A stretch of 64,000 bases of DNA. Source: Ranitomeya imitator. Its lineage: Eukaryota. Location of the stretch: contig NC_091288.1 in NCBI RefSeq assembly GCF_032444005.1, positions 211,854,001-211,918,000 of the forward strand, in the 5' to 3' direction. The notes below the pieces were generated by a model. It was given only the letters and a program-made list of their open reading frames with translations. It made no database searches and was not told where the DNA came from. Position 1 is the first letter of the stretch. Every line of letters starts with the position of its first letter. Of this stretch, positions 37,498 to 51,372 are shown one piece after another. Made by a program: the position numbers and the translations under genes.

Positions 37498-38318
37498 CCT
37501 TTTGTACACCTCTTAGTCCTTAATTCACCAAAATGAAAAAAATGATATCTTACTATACTTAGCTGTACTAAATTAGAATGATACCCTCCTCAAAATCATC
37601 AGTAGAGGTTATAGATGTGTTGTCCGAAGGGGATGCCCAGATATTAAAACTTCACTCCAATTTTCCACATGGCATGAATTGCAAAAATGATTTTTTTTTA
37701 ATTTACTAAGGTTCAGATATAGTTAAAAAATATGATGCTAGTCAGAAGAAAATCTTTTTCAGTTGGTCTATTCCATTTGTTTTTTTTGTCATCACTGAAC
37801 TAAAATTAATTTAAAATTCAAATTAATTCAAATTCCTTGTGTATTCATATGACTAAGGGCATCAGAGTTAATATCTATGATGAATCCTTCTGTTTTTAAT
37901 TTTTTTTCACGATTCTTCAATAAAAATTTATTTTATTGAATGAATGGATGGACGTGCCACACTCATTTTCCTGTCACTAAATAAGAGATTTACAGCAGCA
38001 GCTAAATGGTGAACAGCAGTGATTGTAACTCAGCTCCGGCCGCGGCTGTTAGACACAGATATCGGCAATATATTATAGTCGCCGTCTACCATGTGTAGTG
38101 AGAGCTCAGCTCCTGAGCCCCCTCTACACTTGCAGACCCCAGCGCTTGTAACCAGTTACGGAATTTTGCACACTGGAATTCGTTCATTCATTCATTCCTT
38201 CATTCGTTGCACAAGTAAATATTTTCAACAGGATAGTTTATGTTTAAAATTAAGAAACGCAATTAAATTGAAGACTCAGATTTGAGATGTTCCCTGGGCA
38301 AAACAGACACCTTTTATG

Positions 38319-38367
38319 TTCATTCATTCATTCATTCATTCATTCATTCATTCATTCATTCATTCAT
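38319..38367. repeat. (TTCA)n microsatellite
   Basis: About 12 units, ~210 bp upstream of the copy B ATG. Confidence 0.9.
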
Positions 38368-38578
38368 CTATTCAGGAATATTTAGCTATAATGGGTGTTG
38401 TACATAAAACTACTGTAGATTTGAGCTGCTTCATAACGTCTCATTTCATGAATAATCATTAAGATCCTACAACATTTTTGGAGTATAACCTTGTATTTTT
38501 GGATCTCTCGCAGGAGTTGATCAGGATCTGATCTTGGATCTGTCTCCAGCAGGGTGACCTCACTGTGAACCTACTACC

Positions 38579-41500
38579 ATGCGTAAACCATTTATCACAG
38601 GAGGACTTCTTGCCATATTCCTTCTAAGCTTTAGTTGGTACCAAAGCAGTTTCCAGGTGAGACATGTCTACACATCTACAATATTTTGACTAATTCATCT
38701 TTCGTTAGTATATTCACAAGTCATAAAATCCAATTGCATTCCTATGTATGATGAAAATGTTATGAATTTCAGGATTCCGTGAGAGATTTACTCCAGAACT
38801 GCCTTGCACCCATTATCAACCAAGAACAACCTTTGATGAAAGAGTCTGCCACTCCACCAAAAACTGAGCTTCAAGTAGAAGTAGACGCCATATTTGACAA
38901 AATCGAAAAACTTATCCCTAATGTGTCATTTATATACTTTAACCAAACAACAAATGGAAGGAATGGTAAGATTTCCATTGTCAAGCCCAAGGAGACGTAC
39001 TGTGTGGGAGACGACTTTGTGGTTCAGGTCGATATGTTTGATCACGTGGGCAACAAGAAGACGTATGGAGGAGACTTTTTAAGACCAAGACTCTTTTCTT
39101 CAGAATTGAGAGCTTCTGTTTCAGGAAACGTGGAGGACTTCAAAAATGGGTCCTACCACGTTCACTTTCCGTTGTACTGGGCTGGCAAAGCCAATGTCAA
39201 CATCCTGTTGTTCTACCCAAGTGAAGGAGTGGCCGCTCTCTGGAGGTCAAGACATTCCAGTCAAGGAGTTATTGGCTTCGAGGGCAGATATGAAAAGTTT
39301 GGAAAAGTAGCAGTGACTAAATGTGCCTTTAGGCTCACTGAGGAAGATGGGAAGGAGATCTGCGAATACAAGGACCCTCTATATGAGGAGGTTTTCCACT
39401 GCTACAAGGCTCCCAACTTTACTTGTGAAAGTCTGAATGAAATGAGGGGTTATGATCGTTATGCCTCATATCTTACCCCGTTGGAAAAACAATTATTTCA
39501 GAGGTATAATATTCATCATGGTTTTAACATTTTAAAGGAGAATTATTATTGTTATTTCCCTAAATGTCAGTGAGAAATGTCTAAATGTTCATGGTGATTG
39601 TAATAAAAACTGAAAAGATTCTGAGCGCAATAGGGTCATATCCGGGTTAAATGGGAAACAGATGCAGAGAAAATGCTCACCTCCAAAGGTTGTGAAAGTC
39701 GCAACTTGGCTGCTGCATGTCCACAGAACGTTATATAATGGAAAACTGGAGAAAGGTATAGGTAAACCTGTGCTGCCAATAGTACACTGCTCAAAAAAAT
39801 AAAGGGAACACTTAAACAGAATATAACTCCAAGTAAATCAAACTTCTGTGAAATCTACCTGTCCACTTAGGAACAACACTGATTGACAATCAATTTCACA
39901 TGCTGTTGTGCAAATGGAATAGACAACAGATGGAAATTATTGGCAATTATCAAGACCCCCTCAATAAAGGAGTGGTTCTGCAGGTGGGGACCACTGACCA
40001 CATCTCCGTACCAATGCTTTCTGGCTGATGTTTTGGTCACTTTTGAATGTTGGTTGTGCTTTCACACTCGTGGTAGCATGAGACAGACTCTACAACCCAC
40101 ATAAGTGGCTCAGGTAGTGCAGCTCATCCAGGATGGCACATCAATGCGAGCTGTGGCAAGAAGGTTTGCTGTGTCTGTCAGCGTAGTGTCCAGAGGCTGG
40201 AGGCGCTACCAGAAGACAGGCCAGTACACCAGGAGGCGTGGAGGGGGCCGTAGGAGGGCAACAAGCCAGCAGCAGGACCGCTACCTCCGCCTTTGTGCAA
40301 GGAGGAACAGGAGGAGCACTGCCAGAGCCCTGCAAAATTACCTCCAGCAGGCCACAAATGTGCATGTGTCTGCACAAACGGTTAGAAACCAGCTCCATGA
40401 GGATGGTCTGAGTGCCCGGAGTCCACAAGTGGGGGTTGCACTCACAGCCCAACACCATGCAGGATGCTTGCCATTTGCCACAGAACACCAGGATTGGCAA
40501 ATTCGCCACTGGTGCCCTGTGCTCTTCACAGATGAAAGCAGGTTCACACTGAGTACATGTGACAGATGTGACAGAGTCTGGAGACGCCGTGGAGAGCGAT
40601 CTGCCTGCAACATCCTTCAGCATGACCGGTTTGGCAGTGGGTCAGTAATGGTGTTGGGTGGCATTTCTTTGGAGGGCCGCACAGCCCTCCATGTGCTCCC
40701 CAGAGGTAGACTGACCGCCATTAGGTACCGAGATGAGATCCTCAGACCCCTTGTGAGACCATATGCTGGTGCGGTTGGCCCTGGGTTCCTCCTAATGCAG
40801 GACAATGCCGGACCTCATGTGGCTGGAGTGTGTCAGCAGTTCCTGCAAGATGAAGGCATTGAAGCTATGGACTGACCCACACGTTCCCCAGACCTGAATC
40901 CGATAGAGCACATCTGGGACATCATGTCTCGCTCCATCTACCAACGTCACGCTGCACCACAGACTGTCCAGGAGTTGGCGGATGCTTTAGTCCAGGTCTG
41001 GGAGGAGATCCCTCAGGAGACAATCCGCTGCCTCATCAGGAGCATGCCCAGGTGTTGTACAGTAGGGAGGTCATACAGGCACGTGGAGGCCACACACACT
41101 ACTGAGCATCTTTTCCTTGTCATGAGGCATTTCCACTGAAGCTGGATCAGCTTGTAATTTGATTTTCCACTTTGATTTTTAGTATCATTCCAAATCCAGA
41201 CCTCCATGGGATATTAATTTTGATTTACATTGATAATTGTTATGTTTTATTGTTCTGAACACATTCCACTATGCAATGAATAAAAATTTGCAACTAGAAT
41301 ATTTCATTCAGAGATATCTAGGATGTGGGATTTTAGTGTTCCCTTTATTTTTTGAGCAGTGTATAAGCTGCAATAGGAGACCGTGGATATGCCAATACAG
41401 TTTTTTATTATTCAATGCGTTTTGAAGCACACCTTCTTTTTCCACAGGAAAATCCACAGTGATAAAAATAAATAAAGTTTCTCCAGTTTTTCAGAGATGG

Positions 41501-43883
41501 TGATGGTGGTGAAGATCCACATCTTAGATCATCCAATGAATTCTAACATAACGTGGCTGTGCCTCTTGGTTTCTCTAAAACTTAGAATAACTTTAGGTCC
41601 ATTTCCTGAGCTTTGGCCATGGATGGTGCAGATGGTGAGATGTCGATAAAATCAAGACTCTTCCAAATAAACCCAAATGTTCAAGTTTTAGAATCAGAGA
41701 ATTTTTTGATTCTTTCCATGATCTCTTTATTCTGGAATTTTGTGTAAGACCTGGTACAGGGACCCAAACTGATATAATTTTTGGAGAGGTCTTAAAGATA
41801 ACTAATAGTAGACTTTTCTACAACACCAAAATATGACGCCTTCATTTTTATGGCTTACGGACAGAATTACAAAGATGCTGTAGAAGGAATTGTCCCTTAG
41901 TCTCTTGCTCTGGAGGACTCGTCTGGTCCTATATTACACAGACAGTTCATTGATTTAAATGTTCACAGTGTGGTACCTCATTTCACCTGCAGATCAGAGT
42001 TAATCATTAGAGGATCCTTCTAATGAAAATGTATTGAACAAAGTGGAAAGTTCTTTCAATATTCCATGTTTTTACTGATTTATTGATAAAAAATACTTTA
42101 TAATGATTCATTATATTTTTTTTTCAATTCCTGTTTTACAGGTCAAATATCGTTGTAGAAATCCCACAACAAATTTCACCTATCACCGTGACCCAATGTA
42201 ACAGTAAGTTTTACCATCATTATATTTATTTATTCATAATTCTTTAAAATTCTAATTTTCTTGAATAAAGTCCAAGCAGTCCATGTTTTCAGAAAGGGAC
42301 TGAGCGGCAATACCAGACACAGTCACATTTTTTTTTTTAATCTATAATATTGAAATAAGTAACTTTTTTGTGTTACCTATTGCGTACTGAATTATTGTTA
42401 CGAATTGTTAATGCAGCTTTGGATGTGACTGGAGTGTGAAAAGACGAAGGGCGAATTCGTCAAGCGGTTTTCTCCAGAATTCTGGAGTAAAATTGATTGA
42501 AAATTCACAAACTGTTTGAAAAACTCAACTCAAAGTTTCGTAAAATTGTTACCGCCAGTTCTACCAATTTTGACATGACACTTGCAAGATTCGCCAAAAG
42601 ATTCTAATTTCTTGGATCTTTTACAGCCACAACGAAGGCACCAAAGCCAAAATGTCAGCCAGGAATGAGCTCCCCTCTCCCGAGCGGATACTTCTACAAC
42701 AACATCTGGAATCCGGATTACTGTAACATGACGATTTACACGACGGCGGACAACTTTACCAATTGTCTGAAGGGGAAGAAACTCTTTCTGATCGGAGACT
42801 CCACGTTGCGTCAGTTCATCATGCACTTCACCGAGGGAATCCAGAGTAAGGATTACAACTTTTGTGATACATTATTTCCAATTTTATAGAGGCCGAATCA
42901 CTGCATCATAAAATGCACTATATGTTTCAATTTCCCACCTTTTTTAAGACTGCGGTAGTGGTTGACAAGATAGCCCCCCTCAAATTCCCCAAGGATGTTC
43001 CGTTCAGCCACTTATTTTTCCTCTAATGCTCCGAAAAGCCAAAGAAATGTAGAACTTACATGGTGGCGTTCAAATGCCTTACCAAGCATGTAGCTCATGG
43101 ATTGAGTGGAACCACCAAAGAGGGAGCCAGCTTTATTTAGAAGTCCTCCTCTGTCGTTCATTGAGGGGCTTCTGGGGGAGCAGACATTCTTCTTTGATGC
43201 CCTTAGGTCTTCATGTCCTTAATCCTTGGTGTAACATATATTTTCGTCTGTCTTCTTTCTCAGAAGAGTATACATCACTCCTGGAGGTACATTTTCATTT
43301 GATCAACATAGTTTACTGATTTGTCTTCTCTTCCTTAGTTGTGAAATATTTCCGATACCATCATCAAGGTTGGGCCGGTTGGTCATTAACACTGGAAGCC
43401 ATGAACATGGAGAAAGATATATATGTTTCCTACAAGAGGCATGGTTTTCCCCTGGAACATGGTGACTTTTACTACTTCAAGGAGGACCTCTACACCAGTC
43501 GTCAGATTGACCAGCGTGCCGGGGGGAAAGATACCATTTTTGTGATCACGATGGGTCAACACTTTAGGCAGTTTCCTCTTAAAGTTTTCATTCAGAGAGC
43601 TGTCAACATCCGCAGAGCTTTAGAGCGACTGTTCCTCAGGAGTCCCGACACTAAGGTCATCATAAAAACTGAAAATACAAGAGAACTCTTTGCCCCAGTG
43701 GAAAGACAAGGAGACTTCCATGGCTATACTCAGTATCTGGTCCTCAAGGAGGTTTTTCAGGGGATCAATGTTGGTTTTGTGGATGCATGGGACATGACGG
43801 TGGCATCGGCTACAGCATCTGTACATCCTCCCAGTTTTACATTTGCAAATATAATGAGCCTAACGTTCACCTTTGCTTGTTAG
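38579..43883 (+). CDS. NXPE: NXPE-family gene copy B (neurexophilin/PC-esterase domain protein), intact, 544 aa
   Basis: Exons 38579-38656, 38773-39503, 42142-42203, 42627-42845 and 43339-43883, all GT-AG with consistent phases (0,2,1,1); total 1635 nt. N-terminal hydrophobic anchor; motifs YGGDFLR, GDSTLRQ, HGFP, WDMT...HPP. Paralogue number not assignable by eye. Confidence 0.92.
39785..41361 (+). mobile_element. Tc1-family transposon, full length, transposase inactivated, in NXPE copy B intron 2
   Basis: TA TSD; TIR CACTGCTCAAAAAAATAAAGGGAACACT. Transposase from ATG 40078 with FTDESRF, QDNA and SPDLNPIEH (DD34E); premature TAA at codon 9 and TGA at 40873. Confidence 0.95.
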
Positions 43884-46812
43884 TGAAATAGGGAAGGACT
43901 GCAATTTTTTAAAATTTTGGCATGTTGTTTTGAAAGGTCGTGGAAATATCCTTTGGACCAATGTAATTCTCTTCAATCATAAAAAGCTAATTGGAACAAC
44001 GTACAGTAGGTCTAAAAGAATTCTTGGGCCAGATTGGCTTTCTTGATCAGGGAAGGTCACTTGGACTAGGGATTAGAGGATGAAGGCTAAATGAGGGAAG
44101 ACTTTCTGGACAAAGTAGACTTCTAGGTTGTGCAAGATAACTTAAGTCAGTGGGAGTCTCGTAGACTAGGGAAGGTTTCACAACCTTAAGTATGACCAGA
44201 ATAGATTTCTTGGATTAACAATTATTACTTTTAAGGCTTTTTGGATTAGGGAAGATCACGTGGACCAGACAATGTCTCCTAGTCTAAGAAAGACTTTATA
44301 GACCTAAACACTAGCAGAACATGTTTCTCTGAATATTAAAGATTGACCAAAAGTTATCTTTTAGATGAGGGACCATTTTAGACTAAGGATGATCACATGG
44401 ACCAGTGGAGGCCACTTAGACCAGACATGTGTCCATAACTCCTAGTCTCCTAAAGTCCTAAACTCCTACTGTTTTTTTTTTTTTTGACACGTGAATGTCT
44501 CTTAGATTAGTATCATGGAAATTCTCAAGAAACTGAGGAAAATGTTGTGAACATGAGATACTCTTTTGGACCAGGTAAAAGAATATGTCTTTTAGTTATG
44601 ACTCTTGAACCAGTTTAGGCAGCCAGACCAAGAGAAAACCTCCTGGATTACAGAAGGTTATCGGTTAAAATTGGATTGCATAGAACAGTTCTAGGTCAAT
44701 TAGTGGAGGGCAAGGGTTAAATTGTATTATGATATAATTTGTGCACTTGTGTAACTTGTAAAATGATCATTTCTGTGTAATATATCATGAAATTTAATAT
44801 TAATAAACCAATGATTTTGTATATTTTTATTTATACATATTAAGTAGCACACGACATTTTACCACGCTGTCTGTTGGTTATCAGACAGATTCCAGGATCA
44901 ACGTGTTACGAATAATCTACAAAACATCAGCGCTCCACCCCGTGAATCATCCTTTGCCTTTAGTAAATGAGACACTGACAATCCAGGCAAAAAAAGAATC
45001 AATGACTGTGAATCTAAAGAGAAGGAGTAGTGGAGGGTGTTGACAGATAATGGGCAAAGATTCAACTTATTATAAGTCATCTATTTCTAAGCGGGAAAGG
45101 GTTAATCGTAGATTATCTCCTGCCTGACTTACTGCATTCTACCTGCTTTCCTTTAAGGGGAAATCATCTTATGCACAATATGTGTCTCCATGGACTGAGC
45201 AGTGCACCTTAAGTGCTCCATTATATGGAGAAATCCGAGCTGGGGAGAGGGGGGAGATGCAGGAGCCGCTCTATACAGAATACACAGACGTTCTTTGTTA
45301 CTGATTACTGAGTATTTATGGTTTTGTATCTGCAATTTCTGTGGAATATTGAGATAAGATACACTGTAATACTGACATTATTACTTCCTTGTTAAAGTTT
45401 TTTGGCAGGTACTAAAACTTTGAAAATTAAAGCTGCACCCTGAAAAGCTATAGAATGTAAACTCTGAATATACGAAATTGGAATTGCTGTAGAAAACATG
45501 TTAAAAATTGAAGGTACTTAGCGCACAAAGTGGCCAATTCGTGAGAGCCCAACAGCCAGCGACAAGGCGTACCTCTTTGTTGGGAACCTAAACCTAACAT
45601 GATGGCTCTCCTGGATTACAAACCTACAATTATATGGGCAGATAGGATGAAGCCATGTGAGTTCTTGTTTCTGGCGGGACAAGTTGTAGTTTTAAATGAC
45701 GCCATTTATTGTACCATACAACTTACTAAAAATGAGGAGAACATTTCCAATTGGGATGAAATTCTTAAAAAGTGCAATTCCACCTTTGTTTTTCAGGTTT
45801 TCTCTTTACGCCATTCATTTAATGATAGAAATGACTTGACAATTTGATTCTCGAGGTCAGTACGATGACGGCAATGCCAAACATGCGTAGATTATTTAAC
45901 TTGTTTTGCCATTTTCCGAGAACTTTTGTATTTTTCCAGCGCTTGTTTTATGCATGGTGAGTTGGCGGTTTTACTAATACCAAGTTTGGGAACATATAAA
46001 ATTGCTAATTTTAGGATGGTGTTGTGACTTGTGACCAAAACCCCACAATTTTGGCATTTTTGCTATTTATTTTATAAGTCCTATACAATATAATTAATAT
46101 TCTATTTTGTTGGAAAGAACTTTTATGGAAGCGTCAATACCAAATATTATTTTTTTTTATTGTTTCAATTTCTTTCTTTTTTTTTTACCAGGAGGACGTG
46201 GGAGTGATTTAAATGTAACATTTATTTAATAGTTTTAAAAACATTTTTTTTATTCATTTGTTATTTTTAGCTCCTAAGGACTGGAATCTGTTGTTGTCTA
46301 CACTTTGCATTATCTCTGTACTCAGTATATAGTATAAAGATGCCAGAGAAGTGGGCCTTCAGTATTACCAGCAACCGCTACATTGAAATGTCCGAGACTG
46401 ACAGCAGCATCTAAATGGTGAATAGCAGCGATTATAGCTCAGCTTTGGCTGCTGCTGTAAGACAAAGATACCGGCTATTTGTTATTATCTACACTTGCAG
46501 ACCCCGGCACTGATGACCAGTTGCATAATTTTGCACACTGGGGTTCATTAATTAATTCATTGATTGCCCATGCTTGTCAAGTAAATACTTTCAACAAGAC
46601 ACCTTTCAAATGCCTTACCAAAAATGTAGTATATGGATGGAGTGGAACCATCAAAGAGGGAGCCAGCTTTATTTAGAAGTCCTCCTCTCACGTTCGTTGA
46701 GGGTCTTGGGGGGGGGGGGGGAGCAGACATCCTTCTTTGATGGCCTTAGGTCTTCATGTCATATATCTATGGTGCAACATATATTTTATTATGTCTTCTT
46801 TCTCTTCCTTAG

Positions 46813-47120
46813 TTGTTAAATATTTCCGACACCTTCATAATGGTTGGGCCAGTTGGTCATTGTCACTGGAAGCCATGAACGTGGAGAAATATATATATGT
46901 TTCCTACAAGAGGCATGGTTTTCCACTGGAACATTGTCTTCTACTAAAGAAGGACAAGAAGACCTCCATGGCTATACTCAGTATCTGGTCCTCAAGGAGG
47001 TTTTTCAGGGGATCAATGTTGGTTTTGTGGATGCATGGGACATGATGGTGGCATCGGCTACAGCATCTGTGCATTCTCACTGTTAATTGAAAAAGTATAA
47101 TGAGCCTGACATACATTTTT
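46813..47120 (+). pseudogene. NXPE: NXPE-family pseudogene (copy C): last exon only, internally deleted
   Basis: Acceptor TTCCTTAG at 46812; VKYFRHLHNGWASWSLSLEA...HGFPLEH then jumps to GDLHGYTQYL with frameshift. Exons 1-4 absent. Confidence 0.85.
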
Positions 47121-48624
47121 GCTTGTTAATAAAACAAAAATATGGAAGGACTACTATTTTTTTAGCAAGTTTTTTGGACCAAGTGTGTTACCTTGTGGGA
47201 AGGTCCAGGGTAATTTTCTTCCATCAAGAAAAGTCTTGGAAAAGCTTTTATATTCCTCTCAACGCAAGGATTTTTGGATTGCAGTGTCTCTTTTGGCCAA
47301 GGAAGGTAATTTGGACTAAAGCAGTTCTGAAGGACTAGAGGGTGAATCATACATGAAGGAAGACTTTATGACCAAAATAGATTTCTAGAATTGGGAAAGA
47401 TTACTTCAACTAGGGGAGGTCTCCTAGACAAGTGAAGGCTTCATAGATCTAAATATGATCAGAATAGGTTTCTTGAATTAACATTGACCAAGAGATATGG
47501 TTAAAATGAGGGTCCATCATGAACCATATTAGATTTATTGGAATAAAGAAGACCCCATGGACCAGGAAATGTCTCCTAGACTAGGGAAAGCTTTTTGGAA
47601 CACAGTAGGATTCTTGAATCTGTACCAGAAGAAGATTCTTGGACCATTGGATGTTTCCAAGACTCAGACTTTTTGGACAACCCAATGTCTCGTAGACTAG
47701 TGTAATGGAAATTCTCTTTAACCGGGTACGGTGTTATGAGCACAAGATTATTTTTTTTGGACCAGGAAAAGGAAGTTTTCAAGTTTTGCCTCTTGAACCA
47801 GTTTAGGTAGGTAGACCAATAGACGAACACTCAGATGACAGAAGGTTCTTGGTGAAAGGTAGATTGCATAGAAAAGTTCTAGGTCAATTAGTGGAGGGTT
47901 AATTTATACTATAATATAATTTGTGCATTCATGTAAGTTATAACATTATAATTTATGTGTATTATACCATGAAATTTAGTATTAATAAATTAGGACTTTT
48001 ATATATTTTTTACGCAATAAAATTCAGTGGAACATTTTTCCAGACTTTCTGCTTGTCACAAGACAGATTCCAGGAACAACCTGTTATCTGTGATCCCATA
48101 TATTGTGCTCCAAACCTTCCTAAGTCACCTCTTAATATGGATGATCAATTCTCTGAAGGTGAAGAAAAGACATCCACTTAGGCCCACTAAATTACAAGCA
48201 TTGATTGAAGGAGTTTCATATTAATTGATGCATTTTGGGTCAATCAGCTCCTCTCTCAAACGATAAGGCTGAAACACACACATACAGTCTTATTATTTGA
48301 GAAAGGAGCTGATAGATCCGAAACGCGTCATGTTTTAAAGTTTGTCATTTCTAATCAATAAAGGACTGTTCTTCTTCAATTAATACTTGTGATTTTGTGA
48401 TTTCCATTTCCCCTTGACACTTTAATGTTTATTGAGTGCACTCTTCGGGCAATGTTTGTGGGAGCACTCTGTTGGCACTGTTAATTAGGGGCACTCTTCT
48501 GGCATTTATTTATAAAAGCAATGATGTTTATTGAGGACACTATGATGATATGGTAAAAGAGCTGGAAATTTATGGAGGGAACCTTTCTGGTGGTTTTGTT
48601 TTTGTGTGACACTCTGCTTACTCA

Positions 48625-49280
48625 GATGTCAGTGCTCGCAGGTGTCACCCCTTGAAGGTGTCAGCCCTTGCAGAGGTCAGTACTTGCAGATGTCAGTACT
48701 TGCAGGTGTCAGCCCTTGCAGATGTCAATACTTGCAAGTGTCAGCCCTTGAAGGTGTCAGTCCTTGAAGGTCTCAGCACTTGAACGTGTCAGCACTTGCA
48801 GATGTCAGTACTTGCAGTTGTCAGCCCTTAAAGGTGTCAGCCCTTGCAAATGTCAGTCCTTGAAGGTTACAGCCCTTGAAGGTGCCAGCCCTTGAAGATG
48901 CCAGTCCTTGAAGGTCTCAGTCCTTAGTGGTGTCAGTCCTTGAAGATCTCAGCCCTTGAAGGTGTCAGTCATTAAAGGTGTCAGTCCTTGAAGGTCTCAG
49001 CCCTTGAAGGTCTCATCCCTTGAAGATGTCAGTCCTTGAAGATGTCAACCCTTGAAGGTGTCACTCCTTGAAGATGTCAGCCCTTGAAGGTCTCAGCCCT
49101 TGAAGATGTCAGCCCTTGAAGATGTCAGTCCTTGAAGATGTCAGTCCTTGAAGGTCTCAGCACTTGAAGGTGTCAGCCCCTGCAGATGTCAGTACTTGCA
49201 CATGTCAACCCTTGAAGGTGTCAGTCCTTGAAGGTCTCAGCCCTAGCAGATGCCAGCGCTCGCAGGTGTCAGCCCTCCCA
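48625..49280. repeat. 16-bp minisatellite (TCAGYCCTTGAAGRTG-like)
   Basis: About 40 degenerate tandem units. Confidence 0.9.
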
Positions 49281-49709
49281 GCCGAGCCAAGTAAATAAAG
49301 ATGTTTAGACATAAAACAGATATTGTTAGAAATGTCACAAAGGTCACAGTTGTAGCCTCCTTCTCGGTGCTCAATGGGTGGAGACCCTCTGTCTGTTTTC
49401 AAGGATCTGATGGGTGAACATATGCCCATATGAGCTGATATACTTTTTTGGGACAAATATTTTTTATTTATAGTCATGACCCTTTTAGTGTCTACCCCCG
49501 CTCCACGCTCGGCCTCTACTCCCTACATGCCTAGTTCCCGATCCCCAGACAGTGGGGCTTCATCTGATGATGGAGCATCCTAGCATCATGCACAACAGTC
49601 CTCCTGGAAGCGCTGGTTTCTAGAGGTTTCAGGGGTGTCAGGGAGATATCTTCCGGGCACCCACTAGGTCTTCAATTTTTCTGGAAGCCTTCTAGATATT
49701 TGGGAGAGT

Positions 49710-50610
49710 ATGTGCGCGACGTACCCCTCCCACATGACGATGAACAGTGCTGTCATGGCCTCGGATACTTACCCGCCTGTCTCCATCCCACACATTCCCA
49801 ACATGGTCCCTCACCGCTCCTCGCCCGACTTCTCGGGATCGCGGTGCATTGGCGGTTCGTGCATGTGCGGTCGTGCTTCCTCCACAGCTTGGTTTCCTGG
49901 GAGGTCTTGACCTGGTGGCTCTGCCCCATCATGGCAGCATCCACCAAGTATTTCTTCTCGGCGTCTTCAGAGGTAAGACACCTGTGTATCTATTGCGGTT
50001 GCGCTAGCATCTTTGCCGACGTCCTTCCCCGTTCTCAGGCCTAGTTTATCTTCTTCCCTGGCTCTTCCTTTGTCCCTGTCCGTCCGTCCTCCTGTGCCTC
50101 TGCCTAGCGGGCCCTTCGGACTTTCCTGTTTACCATGTCTTCTCAGTTCTTTGTGTCTGTCTCCCTTGCTAGTCCGGTGTCTTCTCCTTGTCTGCCTCCC
50201 CTCCTTCCTAGCTGCACCGGTCAGTTTTGTGTTTACCGCAGCTCCCGTTCCTGCATTCCGTGTGTCTCTGTGTTTTCCTTACCTTGTCTCCCTACAATTG
50301 ACTATCTACTTGTTCCCTCTCTTACAGCTTCGAGCCACTGCCAGTCTCAGGTCCTTCTGGTTCCTCTTACCTCCCATATTCCTCTGTTCCAGTTATTTTT
50401 CTGCCTCTTATTTTCTTCATCCTCACCTCGGTCCCCTCTCTCCTGATTAGCCCTTAGTCGTCCCTTTGGCCCCAGCCGTTGTGGTTTTATCCCCCTTGGG
50501 CCTGCCCCTAACACTCCCTGTATAGGGGTGGTTCCACCTGGTCCGCTAGCCCTCGGGTGCTCTGGAGCCGCGACCCAGAAGGTCCACTTCAGGCTTTTCT
50601 CCTTTTGAAT
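49710..50610. mobile_element. Older solo-LTR-like element related to 52291-53246
   Basis: Shares blocks GGGAGGTC..GACC.GGTGGCTC..CCCC..CATGGC and CCTAACACTCCCTGTATAGGGG with the 52291 element; termini not resolved. Confidence 0.5.
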
Positions 50611-51372
50611 CCTAATAAGTGCTATGAGATGAATAAAGAAGTTTTGAGATTGACTGAGAAGGCTCCTAAAGATGGTGGTAGCCACCAGTTCTGGTGGGGC
50701 CAATTGTCAGTGGACATAATCCACACTATGATGTCATTGAACGTGCCCAATAGTTCAACATAGGTACTGTAAAGTTGTCCAATGTGCTGGTGGGTTCACA
50801 TGGCTTTTTTTTAGCAAAAAAGATGGAGGCAGGATTTTGGAGAAGGGTTTAAAATTCCTAAAAAAATATCCCTATTGGAGGGTGCAATCTTGAGCAGGTT
50901 ACAACAGCCGGATGGTGTCTCTCACTCACACAGTACAATAGCACCTTAATATTTTCTACGTTCTTAACAATATGGACACTATGGCAACTTCATTTACCCT
51001 TCCTTTTGTCTGCTCTCAGTCACCACTTGCCACAGTTCATCATCGGACTGTCTCTGAAATCATAAGCTGTAAATCTCATGGCAGGAACTCCATATTTTTT
51101 TAGAGCCAGAAGAGACATGGATCACACCCCTGATTTAATCTTTTATGGTGAAGTCAAACTTTAGAGATTAACAAGGGTTAGTCCTGCTGATCAGCTCAAC
51201 TGATTCCCTGAGGGAAACCCCCTGATGACCAAAGAAGGTGGCGCTTAACAATATTTCATCCTACTGCAGACAGAGCAGTGAGGAGAGGCTCCTGCTGCAG
51301 CTACTTGTCTTATGACTTCCACAGCATGGCGATGAGGAAGAAGGTGGGAGGAACAGATTCAGGATCTTCAAA

